Origin: Adineta vaga | Lineage: Eukaryota > Animalia > Rotifera | Direction: 5' to 3' | DNA: 64,000 bases | Assembly: GCA_021613535.1 (NCBI GenBank) | Contig: CP075494.1 | Location: forward strand, 11,532,001-11,596,000 | Part shown: positions 28,670 through 43,600 of the stretch, in pieces | Layout of the letters: each line of letters starts with the position of its first letter | Position numbering within the stretch: the first letter of the stretch is position 1 | Notes under the pieces: generated by a model | The model's input: the letters and a program-made list of their open reading frames with translations, nothing else | The model's database searches: none | Told to the model about the DNA's origin: nothing | Made by a program: the position numbers and the translations under genes

Positions 28670-30952
28670 ATGACAACATTAAAACCACTTTTTCAATCAG
28701 AATGTGGTACAACAAATCCATTGATAAAATTAACTGAGTTTTATACATACGATCAAACACTAGTGACGCAAGTAATATGCGTATTTTCTTCTGATATTCT
28801 AACGAACAAATAAACATTCCTTAGGATAGTATCATTAATTCATCTACATCACCGATCAATTCTATAGTAAGATGTCATCCGTATTCTCTCTCGATGTAAT
28901 ATATTATTACTATTTTTATAGGATGATAAATCAGTTGCTGATACTAGTACGATGGTTGATCAACTTGTAAATGAATATTATAGACCTACTCCGGCACCAA
29001 ATACATTTCAACTTCAAAATCTTCTAACAAATTTATATTCATCGGATACAAATAGTAAAAGAATGTAATTTTATGTTTCTAGTATGCTAACAACATTATT
29101 TTCATTATTTAGAATGTGAATGGACTAAACAATTTCTTGATCCATACTTTACTTCTACACAACCAAATTCAACAATCACAGAACCTATGATTTCACCACA
29201 ACTATTTGACCACAAACAAAATTATATGTAAGTGTAAATATCAAATTCAGCGATACAAATTTAGATACATACTGAAAGTTTCTTGGGACTTCGTATTATA
29301 TTAGTCGTCTCTTTGTATAGTCCATCAATGACATCTCCTATCCTCCACTCACATTCGATTTTTCTTGATCAACAACTATTTCTTACTCAGACAGAACCTG
29401 ACAATGATACAGTTAATGCTGCAAATAATATTCTTTCTTTTCTTGGAGAAAGTCAATTTGCAGTTAAGACTGAAGTAAATCGAAAATATTCTAATTGCAC
29501 AATAAAATTTTATTTCAGAGTGAAACTATTACAGAAAACTTGAATACTAAACTGTCAACCATTGACATAAATGGCAAACAAGAAAGCAAGTTATATCAGC
29601 TTGATAGTCATTTTAGTCACAATCTTGACTATAAATTTATTCAACAAAATCCATTTTTGGATATCATCGACTCGTATGAAGAAGGTCTTAAACGTTTAGA
29701 AGTTCATGATATTCTTAATGCAATTTTATGTTTTGAAGCTGCTGTTCAAAAAGATTCGAAACATATTGATGTAAGTTGAATGAAATTATCATCTCGTTAA
29801 AATCTTCGACTTACTTGTCTTTGTTCATCAATTATTAGTTCTTTTCATTTAGATAGTGTGAAGTATGTATCTCTAACATTCGATAGTAGAGCAAATAGTT
29901 AGTGACTAATATTCGTCGATCTTACGTAAAAGTTCAATGACATATGTTCTTCTGATGGAAAAAGAATAGCGAATATTTTTGATTTGCTTTAGGCATGGCT
30001 TCAACTGGGTATTAGTCAACATAAAAGTGAACAAGATAATCGTGCTATATGTGCATTGAAAAAGTAACATTTTCCACCCAGTTATTCCGATTTTATAGAC
30101 AAATTTTCGATCTTTAGATGTGTTGAAATTGATTCGAAAAACTTACAAGCTTACAGCACATTAGCAGCATGTTATGCGAATGAAATGTTCAAAAATGAAG
30201 CACTTGATTCGCTCTATAACTGGTTAAAAAACCATAATAGATATTCTCGTATACTTTCTGATCATCAATTACATTCGATAAATAATAATGAAACAAGAAT
30301 TACCGATGAGTATGTCAACTGTTTTCTTTCTGGATATTCTATATTCCGAATGTCTATTTTCGATAGGTTGACGTTTGAAAAGTTGAAAAATTTCTTTTTA
30401 CAAGCTATTTCATTATCAGATAGTCCGAATGAAATCGATTCAGACCTTGAAGTATGTCTTGGAATACTTTTATATATATATGAAGATTACACCAAAGCAG
30501 CAGAATGTTTTAACATAGCCGTGCTTACGAAACCAAACGTATGTTCAGATTTGAAACATTTTCTTTTTCATATTCAAAATCAGGTTGTCAATAGTTGATT
30601 GAAATTCTTTTTATATTAGGATGCATTGTTGTGGAATAAATTAGGTGCATCCGTAGCTAATAGTGGTCAGAATGAACAAGCCGTTCATGCTTATTACCAT
30701 GCATTGAGTTTATCACCAGATTTTATACGTGCTCGTTATAATCTTGGAATAAGTTGTTTAAATTTGAATGCATATCAACAAGCTATTGAACATTTCTTAA
30801 TTGCTCTTAAACAACAAACAAATGTATCTATGTCAGAGAATATTTGGCGTACACTTTCTATTGCCATTGTTCGATTTAAACGAGAAGATTTACTACATGA
30901 TATTGCATGTAAAAATCTTTCATCATTACTTCGTGAATTTGATATTGAATGA
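28670..30952 (+). CDS. PEX5: Peroxisomal PTS1 receptor PEX5
   Basis: N-terminal ECGTTNPL (ubiquitinated Cys), LVNEY, APNTFQLQNLL, WTKQF, and TPRs AILCFEAAVQKD / LWNKLGASVANSG / FIRARYNLGISCLNL / MSENIWRTL. Confidence 0.93.
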
Positions 30953-30992
30953 GTAGAATTTTTTTCCGAATTCTATATATGATTAAATGATA

Positions 30993-31108
30993 TTACGTGA
31001 GTTTTTTTCGTCTTCATTTCTATTTATGATGTAATGCACGAATGTGACGTCATTGCAAAACATTGCGAGAGACAGAGATTTATTAAATACATGTTTGGTA
31101 TATAAAAG
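30993..31108 (+). promoter_or_regulatory. bZIP (ATF/CEBP) site cluster plus TATA box upstream of TyrRS
   Basis: TTACGTGA 30993, TGATGTAAT 31027, TGACGTCA 31045, ATTGCAAAA 31052, TATATAAAAG 31099. Confidence 0.55.
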
Positions 31109-31150
31109 AGATTTTGATTTGTTGTAGATTTCATTCTATAAAATCGAACA

Positions 31151-32745
<1,595 letters not shown>

Positions 32746-33487
32746 TCGACAGAAAATCAAAATGGTCAAGTTTTATTATTTTTTTTCTCAATCTATTCGT
32801 TTTCATTTATCATCAGAAGATGTTGTTTGAGTGTTCATTGTTAAACCATATAAAACATTAACATTAACGGTTTTAGACAGAAAAATTCAAGACTTTTATT
32901 CGATTGATTGAATAACAAATTGTATGACAAGCAAAAGGGGTATAACACTCGAACTGTCTTATCTTTCGCACTTCTAATAACAATAAGAAAAGAAAGAAAG
33001 AAAGAAAGAAATTGATTCTTTCGTCTTATCTTTGAGCTAAATGTCGACCAATCCCTTCAATATAATGAACACATGCAATAGAAAGAGTATCATTGATTCA
33101 ATCAGTTCATTTGATGTCATAAACGATATAAGTTGGAGTTATTTATCAGGTAAAGTTCTATTCAAGGTTGTATATATTCACTATATTACATTCAATTGAG
33201 ATAAAACAACAGAAGAAAATTCTCTGTGCGAACAAAAACTCATTAATGAGTAAATATCATATGAATAGTTTTTTCGTAAAGGCAATGACATATAGAAATA
33301 CAAAAAAGAAAAAAAAGATGACACGATTTCGACTTTCTTTTTTTGTGTTCTTTCGAGACGAACAAATGTAGTTCTATCATAATGACAATCTCTCAACAAG
33401 AATAAAAAAACAAAGAACAGGAAAAAAACTCAGAGAGTACTCTTCTCTCGTCATTTTTCATCTTGTATCCTTGAAAACACAAAACGA

Positions 33488-33989
33488 ATGCGTAACGAAC
33501 GTCTATTGACCGGTTATCGAGCTGTGAAGTAGATAATCTTAAATTTCCAATCGATTCATTATTTATCTGTTTCTTTTTTTGTTCTATAGAGGTGTTGGAC
33601 GAATGAACAAACGTGAAATTGATGAACTGGAACCCTATTTAGAAAAACGTAATGGTTTTACATGGTTACCGCAAAGTAATACTGATTATTATCAATCTGA
33701 AATCGATCATATAAATTTAAAACTTGCTGAAAATAAACGTGATCTTATGAATATATCGGATTATTTATTTTGGTCAATTGGAAATTTTTTTCTTTTTTTT
33801 GTGTTCGGAATTGTTTGTATTATTCTATCTGTACGTGTTCGTGAACATAAACGAACTAAAGACTATGAGACAACATTAAAAATTTCACAGAGAACATTAG
33901 TTATGAATATTTTTACATCAGTTCTAGGTATTAGTTTTCTTGTCACAATGCTTGCATTATTAATTAATAAATCATCAACACATTTCTGA
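33488..33989 (+). CDS. CD225/dispanin (IFITM-like) membrane protein
   Basis: 2 exons (intron ~33529-33589); DYLFWSIGNFFLFFVFGIVCIILSVRVRE...DY...S...NIFTSVLGI is the CD225 two-hydrophobic-segment pattern. Confidence 0.75.
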
Positions 33990-34613
33990 GAAATATTGAT
34001 TGTTTATGGTAAGATTTTTTTTCATATTTTCTAAAGATCGAAATATTACCTTTTTTTTCGCAATAAACAAATGATTGTAAATAATTATTCGTAAGCTTTT
34101 TCGTGTTTTTTTCTTTCTATACAATTTCGACTATGACGACATGAATGAAGGATACAAATAGCATATGTGTATCATTTTCGTTTCATTAATATGATCATAT
34201 ATTTTATCTTGCTAGTCGCTCTACATTAACAAAATAAGAAAGACAATGTTATTTTATTTGAATACAAAAAAAATACATATTCTGAAATCTTCTCATTAAC
34301 AAATTCTATACAATATCAATAACAATTAAGACAAGATTTCACATAAATTTCATCGATCCTATGGTTAACAAAGTTGCATAGAGATAACTGTCATTCAATG
34401 AAACAATAATGATGAGGAAAAAAACAGAAGCATATGTCACCTATTGATATATCAATACAGCTTATTTATACATTTTTTATTGACCATATGCAGTATTTAT
34501 TCGTTCCGCATGACGCCACAAGAGAAAGAAACTTTTTTTCTATCAATATATATTTATTTGTTTTGTCAGTGAATAATACATAGGTATATAAATATTTTTC
34601 TTTAGACGAATCG

Positions 34614-37600
34614 ATGCAATCTGAGAATAAACACAAAAATCGATCATTGATCGCTTTTGAACATGGTAGAAGTTTTTAAGAATGATTGAAATATGAAATA
34701 AATCGTTTTTCTTTATCCTTTTAGTGTCCAGATTCATACCTGTTCATATTGATATGTGTAAGAAGAAAAATATGGAAGAACATTTAACAATTTATTATGA
34801 TGTCGAAGGACTTGTTCTTCGACGAGGTCGAACATTTTCATTTATTATTACATTTAATCAAGAATTTAATACGGATAGATATCATCTATCGTTTATTTTC
34901 AAATGTCATACATGGATGAATTGTTCAGAAATAAAAATACCATTAAATGGTACATCAAATGATTGGTTAGCAAGGAGAATAATTACAGAAAATGAAACGA
35001 AGAATCGTATTCATATTCAAATCAGTTCTCCTTGTCATGCGCTTATTGGCAAATATTCTGTAAGAATATAACGATATGTTATTGTATTCATTCTAATAGT
35101 TATTTTTTTCTTCTCGAATATTAGCTTTTACTAGAAACATGTTCGACAGAGAAAGATCATCTTGATAAAAGAACTCTTTCTATGTTTCAATTCGAAATCG
35201 ATATTTATTTTCTATTTGATCCTTGGCAAAAAAATGACACTTGCAGTTTGAATTCTTTAGAACAAATTGATGAATATGTTATGAATGAACATGGACAAAT
35301 TTATCTCGGTTTATCTGAAATACCTCGATCTATTCCATGGTATTTTGGGCAATTTGAAGGTGTCGTATTATTAACTGCTCTTGAAGTTCTTCGTAAAATA
35401 CAAATATCAGCACAGTATTCTATCGATACATTGATTGTTCTTCGTATGCTTGCATCGAAAATTTGTTCAGAAAGGGGCACAAATAATGGTATATTTCCAG
35501 CAGCATGTGAAGATCGTCCATTTTTATGTCCAGACAATGAATATACGAGTAGTCCAATTATTTTAAAATTGTTTCATGAATCCGATAGTCAATCGATACG
35601 AAGAGATAGTGGCAATAATTGGCAACATGTGGCTGTATTTTGTAGTTTATGTCGATCGTTGGGCATTCCTTGTCGTATCGTTACTATCTACAATGCAACT
35701 TGTCCATTTGAAGAAAATATGAACCAACAACAACAATCATTGATGATGACTACTCAAAAGACGAAGAATCGGTAAGAAATTATTCTAGAAAGTTAAATAT
35801 TCTTGATCTATGTATTTTCTAGACCATGGTATCTATGGAATGAATGTTGGTTACATCGAACTGATTTACCACAAGATTTCAGCGGTTGGCAAGTAATTAA
35901 TTCATCGTTCATTCAATGTGGAAATCGTAAATAAATGTTATAGAATTGATTTGTTATATCACTTATCTTTTCATAATTTAGCACTCCGACGTATTGGTCC
36001 ATGTTCAGTTATGGCTTTGAAGTATGGTTCGTTAGATTTCAAATGGGATACGAAAGAAATTCATAGTATGCTGAATGGAAATAGAGAATTAATTAGTAAG
36101 TGTGAATTAAATTTTTTTTAAATTATTTTTATATTGGATCTATTTCATAGGAACGGAAAACAATGCAATTCGTATTAAAATTATTACGAAAGCATTGCAA
36201 AATGATCAACAATACGAAGATCTTACGAACAATTATATGTCAAATGAAAGTGTGTAATCATAAAATTGTTCTCTATTCTATTATTGTATTTTCAACTTTG
36301 ATAGTATCTAAGAAGACAACAAGAACTGATGATGTTGATATCGATATAAGAACACCTCATAGTATAAAAGTAAACAGTATGAATTTGTATTAGATGCTTT
36401 TTTTCTATTCCTATTATTTATTTAGAATGGTGATGATCTTCCTTTTTTGCTTATTACAAATAATCGATCAAATTCATATCGAACATTAAAAGTAACTTTA
36501 ACTATAGTAGAAGTCAATTGCATCGATCATTCTCATGTTTTAAATTCACAAAAATTCCATCAATCATTGACTTATACTTTTCCATTGAATCATTATGAAC
36601 GTAAGTATAATCAGAATGTAAATTGACTAGAAGTTCATACTCTATTATTTAGAGAAAGGAATACGAATGAAATTGGAAGAAACACAAGATATACGTAAAA
36701 GATGTTTCGATAGTATTTTCAAACTATCTATACATGGAATTGTCAAAGAAACGAATCAAATCTATCAAGTAGAAAAATATATTTTAAATGAAGAAGCCGT
36801 TTCAATGAAATTAGTAAGGCAAAATAAACATTAATCCGATAAAATTCTAGTATGTTCTCTAGTTTCTTCGTCATAACGTTACTGAAATAGACGAAACAAT
36901 CAAACTGAATGTACAAATAAATAATTTATCATCGAAACCACTAAATAATGGACGTATCACAATCAATGGCTTAGGAATAATTAAAACATTCCGTTCAAAG
37001 TAAGATAAGATCAACAGTTTTCTATGACAGAAAAATATAACAACTATCTATATATAGAATACCGATAGTGTCCAAACAAGTGGCGAATATCCCATTTGAA
37101 ATTCCAACTTTGCGGTTCGGTGTCGGTCACTTATATGTAACATTTTCAACTGATTCCTTGCGTCTTCCTCCAGAATCTATCTTATTGGAAGCAATACCGA
37201 CGAAATTTGAACGTTTGGGTACTACTAAAACTGTGCCAAAGAAAACACAAAATGTTCCCCGTTCACAAGACAAAGCTGAATTTAATCAATCATCTAATCG
37301 AACTGGAAAAGATACAAGAACGGAATTCACACCAAACAGCATATCTGAAATAAAACAACCAAGTATTTCTATTAAATCCATTTCGATAGAGAAGCAAGAA
37401 GCCAAAGACTCGCCTAGTACAGCATTTATTACGTCTGCACAATCCGATGCTTCTATCAATAAACAAGCGAAGGGTGACATGGCTATCAAATTGGACAAAG
37501 TTCCATCAATCAATCAACCTACCTCTTCTACAATTATTTCAACTAATAAAGATGACACACCTATCATTCATAAATCCCAACCATATCAAATTCAATCAAT

Positions 37601-40600
37601 AGCTGACATCAAAGACAAATCACACAACAATGAAGTCGACACTGTTACACTAACGAAAATACCTTCCAACCAGACTCAAAAACCAACAACTTCAAAAGCA
37701 GTTGTTACTCAAAGTCCAATGCAGGCCAACGATCAAGAATCAGCTACATCTTTGATACACGAACATTCCGAGAAACCAACACAAAACATACCTGTAACTA
37801 CTGCGGCCCAGGATTCTTCAGAACCGCAATTGAAAACATCGATTACATCTTCTATTCCAATAAATGGAACAAATACCAACGAGAAACCTCAAGGAAACAT
37901 CCGTATGTACAACATGTCATCAACACAAAATGCAGTACCGAGCCCCACAACCCCTGCAGCCAAAGATCTCATCAAATCAACTACAAATCCTCTAAATCAA
38001 CAACAGTTACACGGTAACTTATCTCTCGATGATCAAATCGGGACCGCAAATCAAGTCGTTCCACCATCCAAAGTGAACCTCAACATCAAACTAAATACTT
38101 CGTCGGACAACCAAGCCTCCACAAAACTAATTCCTACTGTCCAAAAAGTACCTATCAACGACAAGATCCAAACAACAAGTACAACCAATAACCTAAATAA
38201 TACAAAAAACGACATAACATCCAAAAAAAACGGCCTTTTATCGCAAAGCCATCCCTCAACAACTTCCCCTGCAGACATCAAAACAACTCACGATATCGTT
38301 CCACCAACCACTGCCATAGCGCAAAACTCACAACAAACTATCTCACCTTCTCAAACAGATTTAGGGACAAAAGTAGAATCAAATATACCCACAGCTCCAT
38401 TCATCAAACAGCCATACACAATACCAATGACCGAAACCAAGGATAAGACAATGGAAAAATATGCCGATAAAAACACAAACGTCCCATTCGGAGAAACGTC
38501 ATCCATTGAAACACCATTTGACACTATATTTCATGACGAAACGAAATTAAACACAATTAAAACTACCGAAACACAACCGTCAATCGAAACGGAATTCGAT
38601 AGTACTAAAAACCAAACTAACTCGATGCATTCTAATGTCGCAGTTGAATCCACATCCTTTCCCGATAGAGTGACAGATACTACTCTAAAAGGCGAAATGC
38701 CCATCGATTCAGTAAACACACTAGGAACCACCGTAACAGTGGCGCAACCAATCAATATTAAAGACACCCGAGAACAGCCTAAATATACTGATACGAAACA
38801 GCGATCCGAAATTTCACTCGACCAACCACTAACAACGCGACCAAACAAAAAAGACACCGCAGTTCCTAGTCACGACTTCGGAGCACGATCATCTCAAGAC
38901 AAACAATTCAATAACAATCACAGCGAACCCGAGCACCGAAATCTCAATGTCAAACTTGACTCTGAACCATCCGTCGACAAAACCATCGAAACTACCATGA
39001 AAGACGCAAAGAAAGATGTCCATGAGAAACACGCATCCACACCATCGATCGACCACCCACTTGAAACTATTATACGAGCGACGAAGAACGATGCTGATGT
39101 GAAACTAGAATCTTCACCGTTGATCGCCAAACAAATTGAATCTGCTATCCAGGAAGAGAAGAAACAGGTTGAGACCACACTCGAATCCACAGTATCCGTT
39201 GAGCAACGAACTGGAACTACTCTGCAAGAGGAGAAGAAGGCTGTTGAAGAAACACTCAAATCTAACCCATTGGTGGAAGAACCAACTCAAACTGCTATCG
39301 AGGGAGAGAAGAAACAAGTTGATACCACAACCGAATCCACTGTATCGCTTGAGAAACTAATTGAGACCACTCTGCAAGAGCAAAAGAAGGATGTTGACGA
39401 AAGCCTCAAATCTACTCCGTTGGTTGACAAACCAACTGAATCTGCTATCCAGGGAGAGACGAAACAAGTTGAGACAACACTCGAATCCACAGTATCGGTT
39501 GACAAACCAACTGAAACTACTGTGCAAGAGAAGAAGACGGACGTCGAAGAAAGCCTCAAGTCTACCCCGTTGGTTGAAGAATCAACTCAAACTGCTATCG
39601 AGGGAGAGAAGAAACAAGTTGATACCACAACCGAATCCACTGTATCGCTTGAGAAACTAATTGAGACCACTCTGCAAGAGCAAAAGAAGGATGTTGACGA
39701 AAGCCTCAAATCTACTCCGTTGGTTGACAAACCAACTGAATCCGCTATCGAGGGAGAGACGAAACAAGTTGAGACAACACTCGAATCCACAGTATCGGTT
39801 GACAAACCAACTGAAACTACTGTGCAAGAGAAGAAGACGGACGTCGAAGAAAGCCTCAAGTCTACCCCGTTGGTTGAAGAATCAACTCAAACTGCTATCG
39901 AGGGAGAGAAGAAACAAGTTGATACCACAACCGAATCCACTGTATCGCTTGAGAAACTAATTGAGACCACTCTGCAAGAGCAAAAGAAGGATGTTGACGA
40001 AAGCCTCAAATCTACTCCGTTGGTTGACAAACCAACTGAATCCGCTATCGAGGGAGAGACGAAACAAGTTGAGACAACACTCGAATCCACAGTATCGGTT
40101 GACAAACCAACTGAAACTACTGTGCAAGAGAAGAAGACGGACGTCGAAGAAAGCCTCAAGTCTACCCCGTTGGTTGAAGAATCAACTCAAACTGCTATCG
40201 AGGGAGAGAAGAAACAAGTTGATACCACAACCGAATCCACTGTATCGCTTGAGAAACTAATTGAGACCACTCTGCAAGAGCAAAAGAAGGATGTTGACGA
40301 AAGCCTCAAATCTACTCCGTTGGTTGACAAACCAACTGAATCCGCTATCGAGGGAGAGACGAAACAAGTTGAGACAACACTCGAATCCACAGTATCGGTT
40401 GACAAACCAACTGAAACTACTGTGCAAGAGAAGAAGACGGACGTCGAAGAAAGCCTCAAGTCTACCCCGTTGGTTGAAGAATCAACTCAAACTGCTATCG
40501 AGGGAGAGAAGAAACAAGTTGATACCACAACCGAATCCACTGTATCGCTTGAGAAACTAATTGAGACCACTCTGCAAGAGCAAAAGAAGGATGTTGACGA

Positions 40601-43600
40601 AAGCCTCAAATCTACTCCGTTGGTTGACAAACCAACTGAATCCGCTATCGAGGGAGAGACGAAACAAGTTGAGACAACACTCGAATCCACAGTATCGGTT
40701 GACAAACCAACTGAAACTACTGTGCAAGAGAAGAAGACGGACGTCGAAGAAAGCCTCAAGTCTACCCCGTTGGTTGAAGAATCAACTCAAACTGCTATCG
40801 AGGGAGAGAAGAAACAAGTTGATACCACAACCGAATCCACTGTATCGCTTGAGAAACTAATTGAGACCACTCTGCAAGAGCAAAAGAAGGATGTTGACGA
40901 AAGCCTCAAATCTACTCCGTTGGTTGACAAACCAACTGAATCCGCTATCGAGGGAGAGACGAAACAAGTTGAGACAACACTCGAATGCACTGTACCGGTT
41001 GAGAAACTAATTGAAACCACTCTGCAAGAGCAAAAGAAGGATGTTGACGAAAGCCTCAAATCTACCCCGTTGGTTGACGAACCAACTCAATATGCTATCA
41101 AGGGAGAGAAGAAACAAGTTGATGCCACACCCGAATCCGCTGTACCGGTTGACAAACCAACTGAAGCCACTTTACCAGAGAAGAAGACGGACGTCGAAGA
41201 AAGCCTCAAATCTACCTCATTCGTTGAAGAATCAACTCAATCTGCTATCGAGGTAGAGAAGAAACAAGTGGATACCAAATTCGAATCCTCAGTATCCGTG
41301 CACGAACCAACTGAATCCACTTTGCCAGAGAAGAAGACGGACGTCGAAGAAAGCCTCAAATCTACCTCATTCGTTGAAGAACCAACTCAAACTGCTATCG
41401 AGGTAGAGAAGAAACAAGTGGATACCAAATTCGAATCCGCAGTATCGGTTGAGAAACCAATTGGGACCTCCGTACAAGATGAAAAGAAGGCTGTTGAAGA
41501 AACTCTCAAATATACTCCGTTGGTTGAAAAACCAACTGAATCTGCTATCGAGGGAGAGAAGAAACAAGTTGATACCACGTTTGAATCCACAGTATCCGTG
41601 CATAAACCAACTGAATCCACTGTGCCAGAGAAGAAGAAGGCTGTTCAAGAAACACTCAAATCTACTCCGTTAGTTGAAGAATCAGCTCAATCTGCTATCG
41701 AGGAAGAGAAGAAACAAGTTGATACCACACCCGAATCCACAGTATCGGTTGAGAAACCAATTCGAAGCACCGTGCAAGAGGGGAAGACCGACGTCGAAGA
41801 AAGCCTCAAATCTACCCCGGTCGTTGAAAAACCAACTGAATCCGCTATCGAGTTAGAGCTGAAACAAGTTGATACCATAGTCGAATCCACTGGATCGTTT
41901 GACAAACAAATTGAAACCACTGTACAAGAGGCAAAGAAAGATATTGATGTAGAACTGGAGCCGTCATCCTATGAAGACACTCGTAGTGAGACTATTGTGC
42001 GAGAAGACAAGAGGAAAACGCATGGCGCAGTTGATTATACACTATTGATTGAGAAACCAACTGAATCCAGTGTGCAGGTGGAGAAGAAGGAGGTTGATGA
42101 TGAGCTCAAATCTACACAGTCGTGTGACAAACCATTGAGAATTAATATGCAACAGGAGAAAAATGATGAACAGGTAGAATTGGACCCTTCTGCTTATGAA
42201 GACACTCGAAGTGAAACTATCGTGCGAGAAGACAAATGGAAAACCCATGATGCTGTCGAGTACACATCGCCGATGGAAGCACCGATTGAAAGTAGTACTC
42301 AAGAAGAGGAGAAAAATGTTAATACTGAACTCGAATGCACAACTTTCGTTAATAAACCAAATGGTAGTGCTTTACATGAAGAGAAGAATGAGATTGGCGT
42401 AAAATTTGAATCTACATCATTGGTTGATAAAACACCTGAAACTAGATTACAAGAGGAGAGGAAGGATGTTAATGGAAAGCTTGGATCTGCACTGTCGATC
42501 GACACATCAATCAGAACTTCGATGCAAGAGGAGAAAAAGGATTTTAGGGTAGAACTCGGTGTTTCATCCTCGGAAGACACGGGAAGTGAAGCTGTTGTGC
42601 AAGAAGACAAGAGTGAAACCGATTCGGCAAAGGAGTCTGCGCTGTTGATTGAAAAAATAATTGAAACTACGGTAGAAGAGGAGAAGAAGGATGTTGAGAT
42701 TAAGGTTGAATCTACACCAGCCGTCAACAAACGATTGGATATGACGGTGATAGACGAACTGGGAGAAAATATTGATGGGAAACTGGAGTCTGTACTTCCG
42801 ATTGTGAAAGCAGTTGGGACGAATGTTGTGGAAGGAACGAATGGATTAGCTGGAGATGTAAATTTGGAAGAGGAAGAGGAAATGGAAGCTGATGGGAAAC
42901 ATGGATCAATGGTTGAGACGAAGAATTTGTTCAATAGTGCATGGATAGAGAGTGAAATGAAATTGAGTAATGGAAAGGTGAAAACAACTTCGTTCTCGAG
43001 TTCGTCGGATAGTAGTTCGATGGAAGAAGAGACGAAGGAGGTCGATTTCGATTTGGAAAGCATGCCAGAAGTCGATAAAGCGCTGGATACTGATATGAAA
43101 ACTGAACTCTTGACAGAAGTGGACAATATGCTCGATAGTATGGTAAAGGAGAGTGAAACGAAAGCTAATGATAGGAAATTGAAAACAATGTCAATCGTGG
43201 AAGAAAGTTTGGGATCAAAACCGGCGAAGGATGAATTGCTGAATACTGAGAGAATTGATGGTGAAGTCCAATGCCTGACAACTTTCGAGATACTCAAAGA
43301 AGTTATTGTGAATGAAATAGTGAAGAAAGAGTTGTTACCGGAATTCAATAATGTGGTGCAAATTGACAAACCATCGGAAATTATTCTCATTGAATCGGAA
43401 AAGAAATATATTCAGGAAACTTTAAATACGGATGTTACGGAAGGTGAAGTTTCGGACACTGTCGTGAAAGATGAAGACAGGAGTAAGATTGACATGGAAT
43501 TGGAGTCAGGTTTGGATGAAGTAGAAATGGGTGATTCTAATGTCAATGTTGTGATGTCGAAGATGAACGTGATGAGATCATCTTCACCTGTCGAAAAAGT

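Noticed and set aside
39283-40986. CRISPR-like array
   Set aside because: Contiguous tandem units with no unique spacers, in frame in a eukaryotic exon, and no cas genes.
42299-43390. 363-aa antisense ORF and the repeated 90-99 aa alternative-frame ORFs at 39136-41920
   Set aside because: Shadows of the repetitive, purine-biased giant exon; S/F/V-rich or R/L/N-rich translations with no independent gene signals.
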